Below, one piece after another: positions 19,113-27,362 of a DNA stretch of 64,000 nt (positions within the stretch are counted from its first letter, which is position 1; every line of letters starts with the position of its first letter). The stretch comes from a virus. The notes below the pieces were generated by a model, which was not told where the DNA came from, did no database searches, and saw only the letters and a program-made list of their open reading frames with translations. The stretch is from positions 79,942 to 143,941 of the IMG/VR virus record IMGVR_UViG_3300018080_000112; one strand, 5' to 3'. A program made the position numbers and the translations under genes.

Positions 19113-19754
19113 CTATCGCCGTGGTTTTCCTAATGGCAACGATCTTGTTTGGTGGTAGTCTGTCTCTTCCTGTGGGGTTTCACCTCCTTTTTGACTCTCT
19201 TTCCGCAATCTCAGCTTCTCGTTGTGAATATCCGAAAGTTTTCGAGACTGCGACGTTAGCTCTCTCAACTTTTGCTCTGACCTCTCTTCCATCTGGCGGA
19301 TCATGGGATTCAAGTTACCGATCTCCGACCGCTCCTGAGCGCCGACCGAGATCAACATCTTAGATCGTTCGGAAAAGGATTCTGCTGCAACCCGACAAAG
19401 GTCCGCTTCCAGCTTAATGTCAAGAACAGCATCCCGCATCCCTTGAACACGGTCGTCCTCATCCACTTCCATCTCGATAACCTTCATCGCAACTTTGTCG
19501 CCCTGTTTCTTGTAACGGTTCTGGATCTCTCTGAAAATCTCCGCCTCCAGCTTTTTGAGTTCCATCTTCGCCTTCGCCAGCTTCTTCTTTGAGTAAGCTG
19601 AAATCGCGCCATAGTACGCGAACATTCCGGGCTGTTCACACATCTGGTGTGTGAGATTCTCAGAGTCAATCCCGCAAGCTTCGATCCACTCGTTTGCTTG
19701 TTGCACAAACGCCGTGAGATCCATTTCCATTTCGCCAGTGAGTTTGAGTTTCAT
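19113..19754 (-). CDS. UvsY-like recombination mediator (coiled coil)
   Basis: Helical protein with SFSERSKMLIS..A..R.E pattern next to SSB/RecA; ATG 19754 with AGGAGG. Confidence 0.6.
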   Translation of the reverse strand: MKLKLTGEMEMDLTAFVQQANEWIEACGIDSENLTHQMCEQPGMFAYYGAISAYSKKKLAKAKMELKKLEAEIFREIQNRYKKQGDKVAMKVIEMEVDEDDRVQGMRDAVLDIKLEADLCRVAAESFSERSKMLISVGAQERSEIGNLNPMIRQMEERSEQKLRELTSQSRKLSDIHNEKLRLRKESQKGGETPQEETDYHQTRSLPLGKPRR

Positions 19755-19852
19755 TTGAGATAACCTCCTTTGGATTGGTCTTGTTAGACCGTCTACCAAA
19801 CATTCCGGTTTTGGTGTGGCGCAACTTTTGTTTGTTGCGTTTGTTATGTATA

Positions 19853-19882
19853 TAGAGACACATCTTTTGGCGAAACCCTACC
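19853..19882 (-). promoter_or_regulatory. phage-specific promoter (copy 6)
   Basis: GGT AGGGTTTCGCCAAAAGA TGTGTCTCTA. Confidence 0.75.
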
Positions 19883-19909
19883 ACTTTTTTTTCGCCAAAG
19901 TGAAAAAAG

Positions 19910-20332
19910 TTATTTCCCCTTTTCAGACGGGAGACTAGGTCGCCCCATGACGGTCGGAGTACCACTGTCGTCAAGACCTAGCTTCTCATTGTCCGCCTTC
20001 CACTTCTTCCAATCGTTTTTGTGCTCCTCTACCATCCCCTTCTTTGTCACCTTTGTTCTGGTCTTGTTATGCCACTCTTGGTTCGTATTCCGGAAGGTTT
20101 CATTCTCGCGGGGGTCCTGTCTGGACTCCATCATCTTTCTAGTGTGATTCATCGAACGCCGCTTCAACTGCATATCAGTCCGCTCTTTACTCTTGACCCA
20201 TCCCTTGACCGCTGAGATGCACCGGCGTAACGGCTCACCACAACCACAAACCTGATTGTCTCGTGTGTCATTGTTCACAAGGCGATCTTCTTTCTTCCCG
20301 CAAGCATCGCACTCATATTCGAAAAGTTTCAT
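19910..20332 (-). CDS. FmdB-family zinc-ribbon protein
   Basis: MKLFEYECDACG...VCGCG..LRRCIS. Confidence 0.75.
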   Translation of the reverse strand: MKLFEYECDACGKKEDRLVNNDTRDNQVCGCGEPLRRCISAVKGWVKSKERTDMQLKRRSMNHTRKMMESRQDPRENETFRNTNQEWHNKTRTKVTKKGMVEEHKNDWKKWKADNEKLGLDDSGTPTVMGRPSLPSEKGK

Positions 20333-20356
20333 GATTGATCTCCATATTGTTGAAAA

Positions 20357-20369
20357 GTTAGGTCCTAAC
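20357..20369. repeat. 13-bp palindrome (copy 4), 1 nt after the polA stop
   Basis: GTTAGGTCCTAAC followed by TTTT on minus strand. Confidence 0.9.
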
Positions 20370-20370
20370 C

Positions 20371-23300
20371 TTATGCAGCTTTCGCCAACGTCTCTATGAT
20401 CTCCGGTGTCAAATCCTTCTTGTCAGACCATGCCATATCTCCGCCAGCCACATACTCAAAATCCATCACAATGGGTGTTGAGCACCATGGTGCGGCGTCT
20501 TCCTCAAAAGCGACCTTAACGATCTGAGCCGACCTCTCCAGGTCCTCTTTGTGTACCAGGTATTGAATCTCGTCATGGATCGTGTTGATGCATTTAATTC
20601 GCAGACCTTCTCGCTTGAATCGTGCATAAGAAAGAGCCAGCCCTTTCTTGTACATATCCGCCGCCGATCCTTGAATCACGAAATTGGTCAGTTCTCGCTC
20701 TATTCCTTTGATGACCTTCATAGGGGTGTCTCGGTCCAGAAGTTCGTAGAACTCTCGTCTCCGTCCTTGTGCGTTAAGAATAACGCCGGTTCTTCTCGCG
20801 TCACGTCTGGTCTTTTCAATCCAGGAGATAACCATGGGTCGCGCCGTCATATATCGCTCAATGAAATCCTTGCATTCATCTTCTGAAGCATCGATCCCCG
20901 GCTCGAAACCGTCACCTTTGAACAGAATATCACTCAGCCCCTTTGGACCGACACCGTACACAATTGAGAAGTTCAACTGTTTTCCGATAGAACGGAGTGT
21001 TTTCCGCTCCTTTGCGTCCGCCCGATCCCATCTGTCCCCAAACATCGCCTCCGCAGTTGCTGCATGAATATCCAGCCCGTGTGCATACCCTTCAACAAGC
21101 GATGGCTCCTGACAGTAGTGGGTCAAGATGCGCACTTCGATCTGACTCAAATCAGCAAATACCCACACCCAATCCTTTTGTAGTTCCGGCGGGATAATAA
21201 AGATACCCTTTACAAGATGCGCCAAACGACCGCGAGAGGGGAAATTCTGCATGTTGGGTCCGCCACTTGAATTGTGGTTGATAAAACCATGCGCTATGTA
21301 ACTATGGTCTTCCTCAACCGCAATATCCCAAACATCCTCTATTCCGATTGACTCAATTCTTTGGATATAATGACCTCTATCTGGTCTAAAACATCCCCCA
21401 ATGAGGTCAGAACTTCTTTGTCGGTCACACGCAAAAGAAGAAACCCCTTCTCCTGTATAATCTTTTCTTTCTTTGCGTCTCGTTCCTTTGTTTTCTTGTC
21501 TTTGCGATGGTAATCGCCATCGACTTCCACAAGCAAATTTGCAGACGGAAGAAAGAAATCGACCATGTAATTTCGATACAAAATAAACTGACGTTCGTGT
21601 GCTATGTTTCTCTCCAAAAGACCGAGTGAAAGAAACAATTCTCCTCGATTTGTTGACCAACAAATATGGTCTCGTGGAACCTCGTTCTGTTCTCTTCGAT
21701 AACGGTGACCATTTGCCAACTCTTTGATGAACCAAAGCTGTTCGTTTACCTTGATAAATGCCAGATACAACAACTTGAAAAACTCGTGAGGTTTGTCGTA
21801 GTAATTTTTTGTTGCTTCCAGCAACCCTGGTGTCAAAACTTCCAGGCGTTCCAAGTAAACCAGATCCGTATCCTGCAACTTGTAAGGGAGCACTCCCGTA
21901 GGTTTCTTCAACTCGTGAAATTGTATGTTCTGGCGAACAAACCACTCTGTTGTATCGAACTTTCGCGCCAATTCCGAAAGAGACCAGCCATCTCTTAGAG
22001 ATTTTTCTAACTCCTCCTTTGGAATTACTACCGCTGGTTGTTCCTTTTTTCCGCGCTGATTTCCCATCATCGAACGGCGATAATTTAGCCGCTTTGATGA
22101 CTTGATCAAATCGCCGTACTTTTCTTTGTAGTACTTCTTTGAAGTGTTGATGACGTGACGGCTTACGCCGTATCGCCGAACCACTTCGGCATCTGTAATT
22201 CCTTCGTTCATTATCAGAACAAAGCTTTCTTCGTCGAATACCTTTCGGCGACCCCTTTCCACGGAATGTTCCAGAGTAATTACTCGGGGTACAAACTTCT
22301 CGTCCTTCTGCGAGTTCATCTAAACGCCTCCATCCCTTTGGCGTCAAAAAGCGATGCCCCGCTGTACACTTGATAAAAGAACCATTATCAAGTACAACCT
22401 TATACATCTCCTCCTGACCCTTATAATATTTATTCACGATTGGTCGATACCGACCTTTGTGGGTCAGGATAGATACATTCTGATTCTTTGTCAAATCAAG
22501 ATCTGATATTCTAAATTTTCCCATATTTGTCTCAAGCACCGTGTCCCCCGCAACACACAGCCGACCGGACTCTGTTCCTACTTGCCGAAAAGAGGCATGA
22601 ATACAATCGTCCTTCTCCGCTATTCGAGGCAACACGTTCAAGTATTTTGACTTCAGATCACGAGCCTTTCGCCACTTGTGGATATGTCCCGCGATCTCGT
22701 AGCCTTTCTTGTTCAACCGCATCAGCGAATCACCATCCAGAGAAGGAATCTGTTGGCTAGGTGGTAACTTCTTTGTTGCTTCTGTCGCCTTGATAATCGG
22801 GATCTTCATCTCTTTAAAGAGCGCCGCAACCTGGTCACCACTCCCCAGATTAATATCCCGCTGGATCATTTCGAAGATCTTCTCTTCCATCTCCTTCATG
22901 AGACCGTCAAGCTCAAGGCTGTTCGCGTCAACGCGCTCCCGGCTCACATACAGCCCTTCTCGCTCCATTTCATACAAGGGGTCAAGCAAGATGTGCTCTG
23001 TGATTGCCAGGTCTAACAAAGCTGGTACAGCCGCCACACGAGCCAAATAGTGCGCGGTAGCAATCCAGGTGAAGAACGTATCTCGTGCAGCATACGCCGC
23101 CATAATACTTGTCGTGATGTATTCGTAGTAAGCACGCCCAACCGGGTCTCGATCAGATGGCTTCTTCCACCGGTTCATGCGACACAACACGGTCACATAG
23201 ATCTCAAGCAACTTTTCAGCGGTAGCCGCTTCTGGATCTATATCTTCCGCTGCAACAATCTTCAAACCAGCCAGCTTGTCCGCGTAGATCAATCGCCGGA

Positions 23301-23856
23301 GAATCATCCCGTCAAGTGTCGGGTGCGGAGCAATCAGACCGTCATTTGCTCCCATGTGCCAATCGTATTTAGGGTTCCAGAACGCCCACAGACAGTCTGT
23401 TCGTTCATAGATGGGTGCCAGAGCCTCCGAGACCTTTTGCGGGTCAAGACAGGACTCCCCCGTTCGATGTCGAACAGGAATATACACATTCCGCAACTGG
23501 TCATGCGCCACATTCGCCAGCGGACCCAAATCCTTCCGGTAAGAGAACGAATAGCCAATGATGCGATGTCTCAGTTTGCCAAGACCTTCTGTTTCTGTAT
23601 CAGCCGAGATTGCTTTCGCGACTCGCAGATCTTCACAAACTTGGAGAAAAGCATCCCATGTGTTGATCAACTCGAACTGTTCATCCGCCTCCAATATACC
23701 AGGAAATTCTTTCTCCTTTTGTAGGTCCACCTCAGAGGGGAGAACAACATCATCATCATCATAAACGCGGATGTTCTCGCCATTCAGGTCCCTCACAAAC
23801 GTCTGTTGTTTAGAGAACAAACCTAGCTGTTGTTTCGCCATCTCACTCCCCTTCAC
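20371..23856 (-). CDS. polA: family A DNA polymerase (3'-5' exonuclease + polymerase) containing an intein
   Basis: ExoI DTET, YAARD; motif A DLSQIEVR, motif B KQLNFSIVYG, motif C IHDE; GRL|SS..PNMQN split by the intein. Confidence 0.93.
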   Translation of the reverse strand: MKGSEMAKQQLGLFSKQQTFVRDLNGENIRVYDDDDVVLPSEVDLQKEKEFPGILEADEQFELINTWDAFLQVCEDLRVAKAISADTETEGLGKLRHRIIGYSFSYRKDLGPLANVAHDQLRNVYIPVRHRTGESCLDPQKVSEALAPIYERTDCLWAFWNPKYDWHMGANDGLIAPHPTLDGMILRRLIYADKLAGLKIVAAEDIDPEAATAEKLLEIYVTVLCRMNRWKKPSDRDPVGRAYYEYITTSIMAAYAARDTFFTWIATAHYLARVAAVPALLDLAITEHILLDPLYEMEREGLYVSRERVDANSLELDGLMKEMEEKIFEMIQRDINLGSGDQVAALFKEMKIPIIKATEATKKLPPSQQIPSLDGDSLMRLNKKGYEIAGHIHKWRKARDLKSKYLNVLPRIAEKDDCIHASFRQVGTESGRLCVAGDTVLETNMGKFRISDLDLTKNQNVSILTHKGRYRPIVNKYYKGQEEMYKVVLDNGSFIKCTAGHRFLTPKGWRRLDELAEGREVCTPSNYSGTFRGKGSPKGIRRRKLCSDNERRNYRCRSGSAIRRKPSRHQHFKEVLQRKVRRFDQVIKAAKLSPFDDGKSARKKGTTSGSNSKGGVRKISKRWLVSFGIGAKVRYNRVVCSPEHTISRVEETYGSAPLQVAGYGSGLLGTPGSFDTRVAGSNKKLLRQTSRVFQVVVSGIYQGKRTALVHQRVGKWSPLSKRTERGSTRPYLLVNKSRRIVSFTRSFGEKHSTRTSVYFVSKLHGRFLSSVCKFACGSRWRLPSQRQENKGTRRKERKDYTGEGVSSFACDRQRSSDLIGGCFRPDRGHYIQRIESIGIEDVWDIAVEEDHSYIAHGFINHNSSGGPNMQNFPSRGRLAHLVKGIFIIPPELQKDWVWVFADLSQIEVRILTHYCQEPSLVEGYAHGLDIHAATAEAMFGDRWDRADAKERKTLRSIGKQLNFSIVYGVGPKGLSDILFKGDGFEPGIDASEDECKDFIERYMTARPMVISWIEKTRRDARRTGVILNAQGRRREFYELLDRDTPMKVIKGIERELTNFVIQGSAADMYKKGLALSYARFKREGLRIKCINTIHDEIQYLVHKEDLERSAQIVKVAFEEDAAPWCSTPIVMDFEYVAGGDMAWSDKKDLTPEIIETLAKAA
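21271..22557 (-). mobile_element. intein (429 aa) in PolA at the GRL/SS site
   Basis: N-terminal C(VAGDT), block B CTAGHRF, block F VWDIAV..DHSY, terminal HN followed by Ser+1. Confidence 0.92.
21339..22319 (-). CDS. DUF559/Vsr-like homing endonuclease with N-terminal HTH motifs, nested in the +1 frame inside the intein
   Basis: VDF...LLVEVDGDYH...RDAKKEKIIQEKGFLLLRV; ATG 22319 preceded by GGAGG at 7 nt. Confidence 0.85.
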   Translation of the reverse strand: MNSQKDEKFVPRVITLEHSVERGRRKVFDEESFVLIMNEGITDAEVVRRYGVSRHVINTSKKYYKEKYGDLIKSSKRLNYRRSMMGNQRGKKEQPAVVIPKEELEKSLRDGWSLSELARKFDTTEWFVRQNIQFHELKKPTGVLPYKLQDTDLVYLERLEVLTPGLLEATKNYYDKPHEFFKLLYLAFIKVNEQLWFIKELANGHRYRREQNEVPRDHICWSTNRGELFLSLGLLERNIAHERQFILYRNYMVDFFLPSANLLVEVDGDYHRKDKKTKERDAKKEKIIQEKGFLLLRVTDKEVLTSLGDVLDQIEVIISKELSQSE

Positions 23857-24400
23857 TATCTGTTTTCAAGTAGCCAAACCACACATAAAATCCGTCACCC
23901 AAGTACTCAATATCCTCTCTCTTTCGCATCTTCCGCTTCAGTAGTATATACTCAGGATCTTTGTTCACAGTGTAATTACCACCCGTCATACACTCCAAGA
24001 TCGGACCTAGATCATACACATGCATGATTCGACCAGCAAGGCGCAAGATCCTACTGCAAATGTACATATAATCATTGGGTCTCGTCGGACCACGAGAAGA
24101 CTCTTCCCATGCCCACCGGATCATTTTCGCATCTGTGAATTGAAGGAGACAGGCTTGATTCAGATTACAGCGGTCGGTACAAAGAAAGTTACCAGCATCA
24201 TACGAGTTACCAAAGCAACTTGGTGGATCAATCTCTCCTTTGTCTTGTAGTTCATGGACAACACAACGAGCGCACAACATCTTCTGGAGACTAAAACGAC
24301 CAATGTGCGCCTCTTCCTCCAACACAACAAGACCACACTCTTGACAAACAAGCTGACTAGGTTGCTTGTCCTTTTTCTTTCGTGTTCTCTTCGCACTCAT
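23843..24400 (-). CDS. Zn-finger / Cys-cluster / winged-helix (HARE-HTH or RNAP-delta-like) protein
   Basis: CQEC..CARC, CFG..C...C.....C, ILRLAGRIMHVYDL...EYLGDGFYV; coupled to the sigma gene. Confidence 0.55.
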   Translation of the reverse strand: MSAKRTRKKKDKQPSQLVCQECGLVVLEEEAHIGRFSLQKMLCARCVVHELQDKGEIDPPSCFGNSYDAGNFLCTDRCNLNQACLLQFTDAKMIRWAWEESSRGPTRPNDYMYICSRILRLAGRIMHVYDLGPILECMTGGNYTVNKDPEYILLKRKMRKREDIEYLGDGFYVWFGYLKTDSEGE

Positions 24401-25110
24401 TCATCATCATCATCCAACTCTAGGCGTGTCGCAATTTTTGCGATTGCTGTTCGAACAGAGCGCCATCCACAACCCACATACTCTTGGATGGTATCACGAC
24501 CGCACACCTCGAAACCGACAGCACCGGCATTGATTGTCTTGCTTCGCCGGTTCTTGATATCTGTTTGTGCTTCCCGCTCATTGGCGAAATTAAGAAGAGC
24601 TTGTGGAGGACGAACCAGCGACCGAATCACCCATTTGTAAATCTTACCCTTCTGGGTATTGGGGAACTTGTCAGCTTCATCATACGCCTTCTGTAAGAGG
24701 TCCCGCGCTACAAGCCGTTCTTCCTCCGATTGTGGGTTCATTTGGAGAGGCAACCCGTTTCTCTTGCACGAGAAATTCCGCAAGTGCATCACTTCATGTA
24801 ACGTTTTGGTGTCCTCTTTCTCGCTGTGTATGCCGCGATCAAGCGAAACATGAACGTATGAGTTATCGCCACGAATCAGATTCAAAGAGCGCCGCCGCAG
24901 TGACGCCAGCATATACTTCTCTGGATTGTCTGCGCTCTCATATCCATCCGACCTTGCGACCTCCCAAGCGATAATCAGCAACTCCTGATAAAGGTCTTCT
25001 TGGTCGTGGTCCCGGCAAGAACAGGACAAACCATAAGCTAACTTTTTCAAGAATGGTTGGTATTTGGTAGTGAATGCATGGAATGATTGTTCGCCCTTAT
25101 TGCGGGTCAT
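24397..25110 (-). CDS. phage-encoded sigma70-family (ECF-sized) RNA polymerase sigma factor
   Basis: Region-2-like DQEDLYQELLIIAWE...KYMLASLRRRSLNLIR, VSLD, C-terminal HTH-like segment; GGAGG RBS before ATG 25110. Confidence 0.75.
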   Translation of the reverse strand: MTRNKGEQSFHAFTTKYQPFLKKLAYGLSCSCRDHDQEDLYQELLIIAWEVARSDGYESADNPEKYMLASLRRRSLNLIRGDNSYVHVSLDRGIHSEKEDTKTLHEVMHLRNFSCKRNGLPLQMNPQSEEERLVARDLLQKAYDEADKFPNTQKGKIYKWVIRSLVRPPQALLNFANEREAQTDIKNRRSKTINAGAVGFEVCGRDTIQEYVGCGWRSVRTAIAKIATRLELDDDDE

Positions 25111-25150
25111 CTCTTCTTCCTCCAGCACCAGTATTCCTGGTGCAAAACAA

Positions 25151-25205
25151 GTTCCTTTTGGGTTCCTTTGTGCTTCCTTTTGGGTTCCTTTGTGCTTCCT
25201 TTTTT
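25151..25205. repeat. tandem ~11-bp TTCCTTT(T)G repeats (minus strand AAAGGAAC/G) in the sigma gene leader
   Basis: gttccttttgggttcctttgtgcttccttttgggttcctttgtgcttcctttt; similar units at 19021-19049. Confidence 0.7.
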
Positions 25206-25230
25206 CAAGGCGTCTAACCTTGAGCGTCCT

Positions 25231-25259
25231 ATTATAGATCGACCTCCTTTAAACAGCAA
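25231..25259 (-). promoter_or_regulatory. host sigma70-type promoter for the phage sigma gene
   Basis: TTGCTG-N17-TATAAT on minus strand. Confidence 0.65.
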
Positions 25260-25266
25260 GCGCTAA

Positions 25267-25309
25267 AATACAAAGTAAGCTGTACCCGGACCTTTAACCG
25301 GGTACAAGC
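25267..25309 (-). terminator. intrinsic terminator after the cobT-like gene
   Basis: TGTACCCGG/CCGGGTACA stem followed by a T-rich tract on minus. Confidence 0.65.
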
Positions 25310-25317
25310 CCACTTTC

Positions 25318-27207
25318 CTACGCGGTGACCTCTTTCCGTTTCCGTGTTTGCCGTCGTTGTTGAACCAGGTACTCTTTGAGCTTTTGCAACTCCGTCCGGC
25401 TCAGATCCGCCGCATTTCTCAAGACCACGTGATCCGGGTAGTAATGAGAGACCGCATCTGAACAGATCCCGATCCCGATCAACTCGATTCCCGCATCCAT
25501 TGATTGAGTGACCACCCGGCGAAGGTACTCTTGACCGTTCACCTGGAACTCGCCAAATTCTTGCTCTGGGTAGCCATCAGAGAACACAAACAGGATGCGC
25601 CGCTCTCCGGGCTTAGAAGAAAGCTGAAGGCGTCTCACGGCAACGGCAACCGCTTCTCCGTCATAGTTGTGACACTGCGCTTTCATGGTCATGATACGAG
25701 GAGCAACCCGCTTCCACTGTTCGTGAAATTCCTTGTAGATTTCGATCTTCAACTCACCCCATCGTGTAAAGGTATCATGGGCTGGTGTGCCTCTTGTTTT
25801 CGCCCTGTTCTCTCGCTCTGTGTGGAATGCGACAGAGGTAAACCCCAGAATCTCAAACGGCACTCGAATCGAATGACAGAACTCACCAAACGCAATAACG
25901 GCTTTCCGGGCTTCTTGAACCTTCCGTCCCCCCATGCTACCAGAGAGGTCAACTAGCAACGAAACACGAGCGGACGTAGTCTCTGCATAGGTCTTGCGAC
26001 GGAACACACGGGGGTCACCAGTCAGCAAGAACCGAGGAATATCTACAGGACTCAACTCACCCCACAGCTTTCCTCTGGAGATCTCACAGCGCTTGACGCT
26101 TGCCATCGCCATCCGGAGTTGACGAATCATCACACCTACGCTCTTTCGTACTTCCGCCAGAGCCTTTTGATACTCCGCCTTGTGCTTGGCGTTTGCCTTC
26201 ATCACCTTGACCACATCATCCTTTGTGGTATAGGGAGCATAGAAGGACTTTCCTTTTGCCTTGTAGTGCTTGTACAAGCCAGCCGCTTCGTGTTCGATGG
26301 TCTCCGATTTCTCCAGAGCCTTCAAGACCTCTTCCGCCTTTTCCTTGGCGACTTCCGGGTCAATCTCGTGCTCCTTCATCACCCCTTCCATTTCTTCCTT
26401 CAATGCTTCGGTGATTGCTTCCGTCACCTCTTTTATAGAAGGTTCACCCTTTCCGCTTCCCGGCATAGGCATTCCAGCACGACCCGCCGCGCCAGCCGAC
26501 ATCATCGTTTCCATGATCTCTTCCAGCATCTCTTCCATCGCCGCCATAGACGTACCAGAAGGAGGTACAAAATCGAGACCGAACGCTTCCATCAGATACT
26601 TCGCCAGTGCAAGGCTATGGTCGCTTGTGGGGAGATCTTTGATCACATCCAGAACCGGTTGGAGTGGTTCGAGATCTTCGAGAAGAGACGGTTTTGGGAA
26701 CTCATCAATCATCTCTTCGTCACCAGACGCCATCACCAGGATTCCTTCTGCAAGCTGGTGAATCGCCTCAAGCTCATCAAAACGAGGATAGATCTTGTCT
26801 CGGCTGATAATTCGGGCGCTGTCATCCATATTGCGCTTTGAGCCTCGCCACATCTGAACCATCTTTGACTCTGATCGAATATCTTCAGTGACCCCAAGGA
26901 AAAGCTTTGTCAAAGGGTCCTTGACCTTTCGGAGCGTCGTGAAATCACTGAATAAGAGATGAGACACTTCGTGGTCAACGTGCCCCTCCATCAGTGTAAT
27001 CACCTTGTCAAGCTTCTCCTCGAACGCCGTCAGCTTGGCGGGATCTTCTTCGATGTCTGGGAAATCTGGGAGGGATGGGAGATAGATTGTCTTGCCGTCT
27101 GTCTTGCACTCGCCACCTTCAAAGACAACATCAATAAAGTAGCGATCCGAAAGAATACGCGCCAAGCGCTGTATCTTTCCTTCTAATAGTTCCTTGGTCG
27201 TTCTCAT
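25318..27207 (-). CDS. CobT-like / vWA-domain partner of the MoxR ATPase
   Basis: TDGKTIYLP, HEVSH, MIDAS DLSGS, FSDGYP, IGIGI. Confidence 0.85.
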   Translation of the reverse strand: MRTTKELLEGKIQRLARILSDRYFIDVVFEGGECKTDGKTIYLPSLPDFPDIEEDPAKLTAFEEKLDKVITLMEGHVDHEVSHLLFSDFTTLRKVKDPLTKLFLGVTEDIRSESKMVQMWRGSKRNMDDSARIISRDKIYPRFDELEAIHQLAEGILVMASGDEEMIDEFPKPSLLEDLEPLQPVLDVIKDLPTSDHSLALAKYLMEAFGLDFVPPSGTSMAAMEEMLEEIMETMMSAGAAGRAGMPMPGSGKGEPSIKEVTEAITEALKEEMEGVMKEHEIDPEVAKEKAEEVLKALEKSETIEHEAAGLYKHYKAKGKSFYAPYTTKDDVVKVMKANAKHKAEYQKALAEVRKSVGVMIRQLRMAMASVKRCEISRGKLWGELSPVDIPRFLLTGDPRVFRRKTYAETTSARVSLLVDLSGSMGGRKVQEARKAVIAFGEFCHSIRVPFEILGFTSVAFHTERENRAKTRGTPAHDTFTRWGELKIEIYKEFHEQWKRVAPRIMTMKAQCHNYDGEAVAVAVRRLQLSSKPGERRILFVFSDGYPEQEFGEFQVNGQEYLRRVVTQSMDAGIELIGIGICSDAVSHYYPDHVVLRNAADLSRTELQKLKEYLVQQRRQTRKRKEVTA

Positions 27208-27278
27208 TGTTCTGTTCCCCTGTCTATATCAGTTTATGTTCGTTGTCTGTCACATCGTGACACAAAAGGTAAGGGAGT

Positions 27279-27293
27279 GACTTTTTTCTGACT
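27279..27293. promoter_or_regulatory. GACTTTTTTCTGACT box (also at 28711-28725 and 39456-39470)
   Basis: Exact 15-mer in three intergenic regions. Confidence 0.6.
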
Positions 27294-27300
27294 GCGCCAG

Positions 27301-27352
27301 AAAAAGGCAACTTGGAGCGGCTGAAGAGTTCAAGGAACCGCCCCAAGTTACC
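27301..27352 (-). terminator. long-stem terminator/attenuator after the cobS-like gene
   Basis: GGTAACTTGGGGCGG-N17-CCGCTCCAAGTTGCC followed by TTTTT. Confidence 0.65.
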
Positions 27353-27362
27353 GGCGCGACAA

